NCBI GenBank assembly: GCA_035252605.1
Contig: DATFCZ010000123.1
Coordinates: 6,632-70,631 of the forward strand
DNA from: Steroidobacteraceae bacterium
Lineage (GTDB): Bacteria > Pseudomonadota > Gammaproteobacteria > Steroidobacterales > Steroidobacteraceae
Reading direction: 5' to 3'
Length of the DNA stretch: 64,000 nucleotides
In this document: positions 57,139-64,000 of the stretch, one piece after another
How the letters are laid out: the number at the start of each line of letters is the position of its first letter
Position numbering within the stretch: the first letter of the stretch is position 1
Position numbers and translations under genes: made by a program
The notes under the pieces: generated by a model
Seen by the model: the letters and a program-made list of their open reading frames with translations, nothing else
Database searches by the model: none
What the model was told of the DNA's origin: nothing

Positions 57139-58041
57139 ATGCGGGTCCGGTACATCGAATTGTTTCACGCCATTCTGACCTCCGGCAGCATCACCGGAGC
57201 GGCAAAGCTGCTTGACATCTCGCAACCTGCCGCGAGCAAGGCGCTGCAGCACGCTGAAGATCAGCTCGGCTTCGCGCTGTTCAGTCGTGTACGCGGACGC
57301 GTGCAGCCGACACAACAGGCGCAGTTATTGCGCCACCGGATCGAGAATATCATTCAGGAGTTGCAAGAGCTCGAGCGCCTGACCGCAAACATGAGTCAGC
57401 CGGGAAATTGCCCGTTGCGCGTGACGTGCACGCCGACACTGGCGCAGGCATTGCTTCCCTCCGCTACGGTATTGTTGCGCAAGACCTTCCCCGACGTGAC
57501 CGTGGAGCTGTCCACCGAGCATTCGGCGGCGATGTGCGAGTCCCTGACGCTCCGGGAAACGGACCTCGGCCTCACGTTGCAGGATACCGGTCATCAGACT
57601 TTGCACCAAAGGGTGCTCTGCCGCGGTCAGGTCATGGTGATCGCTCCACCGGGGTGGTGGCCGCCGGCCGAATTGCTGCAACCTTTGCCGCTCAGCGCGT
57701 TGGCCAGTCAGTCCCTGATCGGCATCACCGTGCGCGACGCCCTGGGCAGCATGCTTCAAAGCCATCTGGCGAAGATCGATCCCGCGCCGAGAACCGCGGT
57801 CGCGGTGCAGACCTATCAGTTGGCCCGTTCACTCGTCGCCAAGGGCGAAGGGATAGCGCTGGTTGATCCCTTCACGGCGCGCTGTGGCGATGCGAACAGC
57901 GTGCAGGTGCGCCCGCTGAAGCCGTTCCTGGAAGTCGTATTATATGCGATGCATCGACCCGACAGCCCGTTGAATCGGGTGCAGAAGCGCTTTCTCCATG
58001 TCGTTCGACAACTGGCGCAGGGAATGCTGACCAAACGCTAG
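57139..58041 (+). CDS. LysR-family transcriptional regulator (divergent from the DUF1611 operon)
   Basis: Start trimmed to ATG 57139. wHTH IELFHAILTSGSITGAAKLLDISQPAASKALQHAE plus a substrate-binding domain. Confidence 0.85.
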   Translation: MRVRYIELFHAILTSGSITGAAKLLDISQPAASKALQHAEDQLGFALFSRVRGRVQPTQQAQLLRHRIENIIQELQELERLTANMSQPGNCPLRVTCTPTLAQALLPSATVLLRKTFPDVTVELSTEHSAAMCESLTLRETDLGLTLQDTGHQTLHQRVLCRGQVMVIAPPGWWPPAELLQPLPLSALASQSLIGITVRDALGSMLQSHLAKIDPAPRTAVAVQTYQLARSLVAKGEGIALVDPFTARCGDANSVQVRPLKPFLEVVLYAMHRPDSPLNRVQKRFLHVVRQLAQGMLTKR

Positions 58042-58092
58042 CGGTAGCGGCGGGCTGTCCGCAGAGCCCGCTCGCGGAACCTACGGGGCGCC

Positions 58093-59733
58093 TCATTGCA
58101 CGTCGACGCCCGCAGCGCGCAAGCGCTGGCGCAAGCGGTCGAGCTTGTCACCAAAGAGCGCGCTGCGCGCGGTATCGCTGCGCAGGGGTTGTCGTACCAG
58201 CGCGGCACTGGGCAGGCTCTGCACCGTCCGCGTCGTCTTGTGAAACTCCAGGCACGCAGGAGCAAACGCAAGGTTGCAGAACTCGAGCAGGCGACGGATC
58301 ACCGCCTCCGGCTCCCTCACCAGCGTTTCGTATTGCAGATCAAACACCTGATTCGGATACTTCTCGAGCCAGAAGCGTGTCAGGCGGAGGAAGTCACCGC
58401 AGTAATCGGCCATCTCATCGAGATCGCAGGCGAAGCCGCTGGCCTCGCTGAAGCACTGGCGGAAGCAGCCCAAGCAGGTCTCCACCGGATCGCGCCGAAC
58501 GACGACCACGCGTGCGGCCGGCAACATCGCCAATGCCGCGCCGACCAGGTACCACGTCACCAGGCTCTTGTCGGTAAAGCGCGGCCTGGCCCGCCGCCAG
58601 CGCGCGGTTCGCGCAAGATACTCGCGGCCGAGGCGCTGCCAATCCTCCGGCGTCGCCTCGGGTACCCACAGCGGAAATGCCGAATTGCGTCGCGCGCTTT
58701 CCGCATCGATGACCTGCTTCATATCCTTGATCTCGTTCGCACCCTCGACCTCCGGATGCGAAGCCAGGATCTGCTCGACCAGCGTCGAGCCGGAGCGAGG
58801 GATACTGACGATCAGGATGGCTTCGCTCCCCAGTCGGGCATCGACCGGAGTCGGCGCTCCGTCCGCAAATACCCGCAGGATCGCCTCGACACGTTTGTGC
58901 TCGCCCGCCGCGTCCCAGCGCACGCGCCGCCGCCGCGAGGCATTGGCAGCCCGGAACACTTCGAAGGCCTGCGCGTAGTCGCCCTGGCTCTCCAGCGCCT
59001 TCGCAAAGGTGAAACCGAGCAGTTCGCGATCACGGTCCGGCAGGTCTTCGCGCCTCAAGGCGCGCTGCAGAGATGCCCGATCGGCGGCGTCAAAGTGGAC
59101 CACGTTGAGATTCGACAACCCGAACCATCCTTCGGCGTGGGCGGGATCGCGTCGCAGGACTTCGCGAAAGGCGGCCACTGCGGCACTGGTCTCGCCCAGG
59201 TTGGCCTGGGTGCGGGCCAGCGAGAGGCGGGCGGATAGGTGTGCGGGGTCGAGCTCGAGCGCGCGTCGCAACGCATCGACGGCCGCGCTCGTATGCGCCT
59301 GGCGCCCGAGTGCCTCGCCGAGATTGAACCAGGTCGACGCCGCAGCCGGCTCGAGCTCACAGGCGCGTCGAAAGTGCGTCAGGGCTTCATCGGCCTCGCC
59401 CTGCTCGAACAGGGATATGCCGAGTCCCATGTGCAGATCGGAATCCTCGGGCCCGCCCGCAAGAGCCCGCCGGAAGCAGTCGATCGCCTTCAAGTGATTG
59501 CCGAGGCGCTGGGCCACCATACCGAGCAGCCGCATGGCGTCCGGCTCTTCCGGAGCCAATGTCAGCACGCTGTTGAGCGATTGTTCCGCGGCTTCGAACT
59601 GGCGCTGCTCCCACTCCCGGCGTGCCCGCCCCAGCAGGCGGGCGGCTACCGATGAGAGCGGCCGCCGGGAGCCGCCGGGCGCTGCCCCTGGCTCGGTGGG
59701 GGACGTCATGTCATCACGGGCAGGCGGCGTCAC
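58093..59733 (-). CDS. TPR-repeat-containing sulfotransferase family protein
   Basis: The N-terminal 250 aa are TPR repeats. The C-terminal sulfotransferase domain has the 5'-PSB loop SIPRSGSTL. Confidence 0.75.
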   Translation of the reverse strand: MTPPARDDMTSPTEPGAAPGGSRRPLSSVAARLLGRARREWEQRQFEAAEQSLNSVLTLAPEEPDAMRLLGMVAQRLGNHLKAIDCFRRALAGGPEDSDLHMGLGISLFEQGEADEALTHFRRACELEPAAASTWFNLGEALGRQAHTSAAVDALRRALELDPAHLSARLSLARTQANLGETSAAVAAFREVLRRDPAHAEGWFGLSNLNVVHFDAADRASLQRALRREDLPDRDRELLGFTFAKALESQGDYAQAFEVFRAANASRRRRVRWDAAGEHKRVEAILRVFADGAPTPVDARLGSEAILIVSIPRSGSTLVEQILASHPEVEGANEIKDMKQVIDAESARRNSAFPLWVPEATPEDWQRLGREYLARTARWRRARPRFTDKSLVTWYLVGAALAMLPAARVVVVRRDPVETCLGCFRQCFSEASGFACDLDEMADYCGDFLRLTRFWLEKYPNQVFDLQYETLVREPEAVIRRLLEFCNLAFAPACLEFHKTTRTVQSLPSAALVRQPLRSDTARSALFGDKLDRLRQRLRAAGVDVQ

Positions 59734-59814
59734 CCCGAGAGGTTACGCCGGCCACCGACGCGTCGCAAGAAAACGCCGGGTGAGCCGGCGGTAAAGAAGG
59801 GCTGGCCGCGTCGC

Positions 59815-62800
59815 TCAAAAGTCATAGGCAACAGAGAGTCGGACGCTGCGAGGTGGCGTGTAGTTCTCCACATTGCCGTACTCGGAATTGGGACTGGTGG
59901 TGGTCCCAAAGAAGTCATTGATGAACAGCGGTGTCTGATGGTTGAACACGTTGAACACCGCGACGTTGAAGTCGAGCCCTCGGTCAACCCACTTGAGCGT
60001 CGGTTTGTAATCCAAGCTGAGGTCCAGGCGTGTGGTCCATGGCAAGCGTCCCAGCGAGCCCGGAGGAACCGGCACGCCGGCGCACCAGTAGTAGGTATGG
60101 GAACCGTGCAGAGCGATCTGGTCCGGCCCGTACCCGCCGCGGCACATCCGGGGGGTGCCGGAGGCGGCGTAGAGATTGGCGCCCACCGTCAGTTCCCGCG
60201 TGATCCCGTAAGCTCCGAAGATCTTGAACTGGTGCCTGCGGTCGTTCGGTTGAACGCCATACGAATACTGCATCCTCTCGGGGAAGTCCCACGCGGTCGT
60301 GATCGATTCATACGACCCGCTCTGCTGCGAAAAGGTGCTGACAGGCCCTTCCGTGTTGCCCCACGTCTTGGAGAACACGTAATCGAATTTCGCCGCCCAC
60401 CTGCCGTTCCAGACGTGCGTCAGCGAAAGGTCCAGTGAGTAGTATTGGCGCAGTACCCCTCTCGGGAAGCCCTGGTCCGCCGGTGTGAAGTTGACCGGCA
60501 CGAGGCTTCCGTCGGGCGCCTTCATCAGAATATGCTGGGTCACGCCCGGGTTGACCAGGATGAGGCTCTGGGCCCACTGGCTGCAGGTATCCGGCGTCAT
60601 CCACGAATATCCCTGCGCCAGGCCCGCGGCACACTCCCTTTGCTCGTCGTCGTAGTCGTCGATGATGCGGTTCATCTTCTGGTACGTGCCCGTTGCCCCG
60701 GCCACCCACTTCTCGTCCAACATCTCGAACTCGTGCTGCAGGCCGAGCACGAAGTCGTCCGAATACTCGGCCTTGATGTTCTGGGAAGCCGATATCCTCG
60801 GATCCTTCGGCTGGCCGTATTCGCTGTCGATGGATACACCGGTCGACGGAAGCTGGTAAAGGGGCTTGAAGCCGATGGGTACGCCGGTTGCCGGATCGAT
60901 GCCCGTGTAGGTCCCATACAGGGAATAATTCACCACGGGCGCCGCGATCGAGAGGGCGGTGGTCAACGGAAGCGCCAGGTAATAGCGGCCGGCATTGCCG
61001 AATACCTTGAAGGTGGAGTCGCCCTTCACGTCCCAGCTGAAGCCGAAACGCGGAGCCCACTGGGGCTTGGTCAGCTTGATGTAGGGCACGCCCGACCCGT
61101 CGTAGTTGGTGAACTGGTCGTTCCGCAACCCCAGGGACAGCAGCAGGTTTTGAGTGACGTGCCAGTTATCCTCGATGTACTGCGCACGCTGCTCGACCTT
61201 CACCGATGCCGACGATCTGGAATAGGACTGCTGGACATAGTAGCAAGACCCGGCGAAGCATTGATCCGACGGGCCGACATAGGGCGCGATGCCGGGGGTA
61301 GTTCCGGTAAAAACCGGCTGACCAGGCGTGCTGGAGCCGTAGATCCAGGAATAGCCGGGTCCGGTGTTCTCGCTGCCGTCGTGCAAGTCCCATGAATTGA
61401 TATTATCGATGCCCACGGTGATGTCGTGAGCGCGCCACTTGTAATCGAGGCTCACGCGGTAAGACGTGACGTTGACATGGTGCAGGGGGTCGCTTTGCGT
61501 CGAGTTGGTGTTGGCGTTGACGATGCCGCCCGGCGGCGCGAATTGCGGATCTTGCAAGGACGCGCTCTCGATGTGAGGCAACGACGCATTGAACCCCGGG
61601 CCCTCGGGCTGCTCAAATAAATAGTCGCCGTGAGTCTTACCGAACATCGCGTCCAGGGTAAGCCGGTCGGTGAGGTAGGAGGTGAAGTTCGCCACCCCCA
61701 TCCTGAAGGTGGTCTTTGCCGTTTGACCGAAACCCGAGAAAGTCCCGAGGCTCGGTGGGTCGTAGTTGACATTGTAGATCGACTGCCACGTCTTGTTCGC
61801 GCTCTGGAGCCCGGTCAGGGTGAGCAGATTGTTGTCGTTGATGTTCCAATTTATCTTGGCGTAGTACTTGGGCGCATCCGTGCGGTCGTGGGCGATGACG
61901 GGATTTTCGAACGAGCCCGAGTTGCCGAGGGACAGGTCGTTGGTGGTTTGTCCCGTGTAGTCCTCTTCGGCGCCCAGGAAGAAAAACAACCGGTTCTTGA
62001 TGATCGGGCCGCTGACGTAGGCGTCGTAGATCGTCTCCTGGGAATCCTCGGGCGTGTTGTAGCTGTGCAGCAGACCTGGAGGATACCCCTTCGATGCCGC
62101 CAGCGGATTGGCGTAATAGGAATTCCTGAAGTGGGCCTGCAGGGAGGACGGCTGCACCAGCGCGCGCACGCCAAAGTGCCAGTCGTTGGTGCCGCTCTTG
62201 CCGATCTGGTTGATCACGCCGCCGACGGAGCGGCCATATTTTGCGCCGTAGCCACTGATGAGGGTCTGCTGCTCCTCTATGGCGCCATACGGCAGCTCGA
62301 GACCGCCCTGTGCGGTGAGCGCGTCGGTGACATTCATGCCGTCGATGTAGTAGGCATTCTCGGCCGTCGAGGCGCCGCCGAACACATTGATCGGGTTGCC
62401 CAGCGGACCGCTGGTCAGTTGGGGCGAGCCCATGTTGACACCCGGAGCCAGCGCCGCGATATCGGCGGCGTCACGCTGCAAGGGCAGGCGCTGCAGCTCC
62501 TGGGCCGTTACCGTGGTGACCTGATTGGTCGTGGACACGTCGATCGCGGGGATCGCCTTGGCGGAGATGACGATGGTGTTCAGGGCCGTCGTGGTCGAGG
62601 TGGCGGTCGCACTGGAAAAGACCACCGTTACTGCGCCCGCGGCAACGGGACTGACGCCCGTCTTGGACTGCACTACCTTGCCGTTCTGCAGCAGGGATAC
62701 GGTGTAGGTGCCGACGGGAACGGTGGTCGAGTATCTGCCGGAGGGGTCCACGTTGATGGTACGGTCGAAGCCCGAGCCACCGGTGATCCGGATGGTCTCG

Positions 62801-62985
62801 CCGGCAGCAACCGGAACCGTACCCTCGATCGTGCCGGTGACCGCCTGCCCCCAGGCGGTACCCGTTAGGCCCATCAGGGCCGAGCTGACCGCGAGCGCGA
62901 CCGCCTTGCGCTGCAGGGCGCTCTTGCGCTGCAAGGCGCTGTTGCGATGCAATCGACGCGAAGACGCTCTCTTCATGATACCCAC
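59815..62985 (-). CDS. TonB-dependent outer-membrane receptor, Oar-like (N-terminal carboxypeptidase-regulatory-like domain)
   Basis: 1056 aa. Signal peptide, CarboxypepD_reg-like segment (GTIEGTV...SGRYSTTVPVGTYTV), plug, long beta-barrel and C-terminal aromatic residue (...SVAYDF). Alternative start at 62976. Confidence 0.85.
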   Translation of the reverse strand: MGIMKRASSRRLHRNSALQRKSALQRKAVALAVSSALMGLTGTAWGQAVTGTIEGTVPVAAGETIRITGGSGFDRTINVDPSGRYSTTVPVGTYTVSLLQNGKVVQSKTGVSPVAAGAVTVVFSSATATSTTTALNTIVISAKAIPAIDVSTTNQVTTVTAQELQRLPLQRDAADIAALAPGVNMGSPQLTSGPLGNPINVFGGASTAENAYYIDGMNVTDALTAQGGLELPYGAIEEQQTLISGYGAKYGRSVGGVINQIGKSGTNDWHFGVRALVQPSSLQAHFRNSYYANPLAASKGYPPGLLHSYNTPEDSQETIYDAYVSGPIIKNRLFFFLGAEEDYTGQTTNDLSLGNSGSFENPVIAHDRTDAPKYYAKINWNINDNNLLTLTGLQSANKTWQSIYNVNYDPPSLGTFSGFGQTAKTTFRMGVANFTSYLTDRLTLDAMFGKTHGDYLFEQPEGPGFNASLPHIESASLQDPQFAPPGGIVNANTNSTQSDPLHHVNVTSYRVSLDYKWRAHDITVGIDNINSWDLHDGSENTGPGYSWIYGSSTPGQPVFTGTTPGIAPYVGPSDQCFAGSCYYVQQSYSRSSASVKVEQRAQYIEDNWHVTQNLLLSLGLRNDQFTNYDGSGVPYIKLTKPQWAPRFGFSWDVKGDSTFKVFGNAGRYYLALPLTTALSIAAPVVNYSLYGTYTGIDPATGVPIGFKPLYQLPSTGVSIDSEYGQPKDPRISASQNIKAEYSDDFVLGLQHEFEMLDEKWVAGATGTYQKMNRIIDDYDDEQRECAAGLAQGYSWMTPDTCSQWAQSLILVNPGVTQHILMKAPDGSLVPVNFTPADQGFPRGVLRQYYSLDLSLTHVWNGRWAAKFDYVFSKTWGNTEGPVSTFSQQSGSYESITTAWDFPERMQYSYGVQPNDRRHQFKIFGAYGITRELTVGANLYAASGTPRMCRGGYGPDQIALHGSHTYYWCAGVPVPPGSLGRLPWTTRLDLSLDYKPTLKWVDRGLDFNVAVFNVFNHQTPLFINDFFGTTTSPNSEYGNVENYTPPRSVRLSVAYDF
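62905..62958 (-). repeat. 18-nt tandem repeat (2 near-identical copies plus 1 degenerate) in the 5' end of the TonB-receptor ORF
   Basis: Plus strand: cttgcgctgcagggcgct / cttgcgctgcaaggcgct / gttgcgatgcaatcgacg, encoding SALQRK-SALQRK ahead of the signal-peptide hydrophobic core. Confidence 0.5.
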
Positions 62986-63321
62986 TCCCCGGTTGCTCGA
63001 TCGCGAGTGAGCGGCAGGTGCAGCCGCTGCTGTTTCTATCGCGTCGGCACTATAAGCGACCCATGGTCATGCGCGCCGCAGGCAAGGCCACCCGCGGCAG
63101 TGTGCCGAGGATACTCACCGCGCCGCGCAAACCACCAATGAAAAGACCGATATTCGGCATAGCTGCGGGTTATGGTCACGCGGTGCGCGGATGGCCGGCA
63201 GGCCCGCGGGAACCGCTGTCCGCGGCGCGATTCGGTGACTGGCCGCAAGCGCGCGCCGGCCTGGCTCGGCCGGCGCGAACCATCTCTACAGGTCAGCGGT
63301 GACCATGTACGATGCGCGGCC

Positions 63322-64000
63322 ATGACCGAATCCTCAGCAAGCGCGCCGCGCGAACTGCCGCGCAAACTCGGGCTCGTGACCGGCATGGCGGTCGTGGTCG
63401 GGGTGATCATTGGCAGCGGAATCTTTCGCGTTCCATCGCCGATCGCGGAGGCGGCCGGCAGCCTCACCGGGATCGCTCTGGTGTGGATCCTCGGAGGCAT
63501 CGTCGCGCTCTTTGGCGCGCTCTCGATCGCCGAGCTCGCAACGATGTATCCCGCCGCCGGCGGCCCATACGTGTATCTGCGCGAAGCGTACGGCCGCCCG
63601 CTTGCGTTCCTGTTCGGTTGGATGTGGCTGCTGACTACACCGATCTCGTGGGCCGCGCAAAGCCTGATGTTCGCGGAATACCTGGGCTACTTCGTGCCGA
63701 TTCGCCCGGTCGTGCAGCACGGGATCGCGGCGGTGCTCATCATCCTGGTCGCCGCCGCAAACTATCGTTCGGTGAAGCTCGGCGCCGCGATCCAGAACCT
63801 CTCGACCGGCGCAAAAATACTGGCCATCGTGGGCCTGTCCGCCGCGATCTTCGTCTTTGCGCCCCGCGGTCACGCGGATCCCCTCGGTGCAGAGCCAATG
63901 GGCGCGGCGAATTGGACCGGCATCGGCATCGGCCTGATCGCGGCGCTCTGGGCTTACGATGGTTGGGAAAATCTCACCACGTTGTCGGGTGAGGTAAAGG
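63322..64000 (+). CDS. APC-superfamily amino-acid permease, N-terminal part (3' end cut by window edge; absent from ORF track)
   Basis: Hand translation from ATG 63322: MTESSASAPRELPRKLGLVTGMAVVVGVIIGSGIFRVPSPIAEAAGSLTGIALVWILGGIVALFGALSIAELATMYPAAGGPYVYLREAYG... The frame is open to base 64000. GSGIF and multi-TM pattern are typical of APC permeases. Confidence 0.8.
   Translation, partial: MTESSASAPRELPRKLGLVTGMAVVVGVIIGSGIFRVPSPIAEAAGSLTGIALVWILGGIVALFGALSIAELATMYPAAGGPYVYLREAYGRPLAFLFGWMWLLTTPISWAAQSLMFAEYLGYFVPIRPVVQHGIAAVLIILVAAANYRSVKLGAAIQNLSTGAKILAIVGLSAAIFVFAPRGHADPLGAEPMGAANWTGIGIGLIAALWAYDGWENLTTLSGEVK

Noticed and set aside
61630-62868. 412-aa plus-strand ORF (and the similar ORFs at 60445-61395 and 59938-60438)
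   Set aside because: Antisense to the TonB-dependent receptor, whose beta-barrel pattern and C-terminal Phe are unambiguous.
1-64000. Scan for CRISPR arrays, IS/transposase or integrase genes, prophage genes, tRNA/rRNA/tmRNA/RNase P/SRP RNA, and riboswitches upstream of the TonB receptor and Met/Cys gene
   Set aside because: I saw no regularly spaced direct repeats, no transposase- or integrase-like ORFs, no cloverleaf-like or conserved-box RNA sequences in the intergenic regions, and no B12-box or SAM-box motifs. Absence is judged by eye only; tRNAscan or Infernal would be decisive.

Overview
GC-rich (about two-thirds G+C by eye, not computed), densely coding chromosomal window. It looks like a high-GC gammaproteobacterium of the Xanthomonadales/Nevskiales type; that placement is inference from gene content (Oar-like TonB receptor, BNR/sortilin protein, ftsYEX, rpmBG-radC-coaBC-dut synteny). 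I see about 58 supportable protein genes, mostly housekeeping: gshA, mtnP, trxC, cbpAM, rpoH, mutM, coaD, rsmD, ftsYEX, rpmB/rpmG, radC, coaBC, dut, lysA, ggt. I found no rRNA, tRNA, CRISPR array, transposase or prophage. Many of the long ORFs in the supplied track are antisense or out-of-frame artefacts of high GC; I trimmed several starts using 4-nt ATGA/GTGA stop-start overlaps and Shine-Dalgarno (SD) spacing. Two real genes are missing from the track: rpmG (51 aa) and a 3'-truncated APC permease at the right edge. Observations most worth a second look: (1) an exact sigma-54 -24/-12 promoter plus an orphan intrinsic terminator on the plus strand between two minus-strand genes, defining a candidate sRNA of about 110 nt with two CUUCCCC loops; (2) a perfect CIRCE (HrcA operator) directly upstream of rpoH; (3) a LysR-controlled minus-strand cluster (DUF1611/DgcN-like, dipeptide-epimerase/DgcA-like, exported GGT, LysA, exported serine hydrolase, DSD1-type PLP enzyme) that reads like a murein-peptide / D-amino-acid catabolic module; (4) a receiver-TM-periplasmic OmpA-like protein; (5) a ydbH-like/ydbL-like pair with no ynbE ORF, where the YdbL-like protein carries its own lipobox module; (6) a terminator-capped non-coding stretch of about 260 nt downstream of a two-component operon, next to an AT-richer orphan gene. 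All functional calls come from motif and family recognition by eye; no database search was run.
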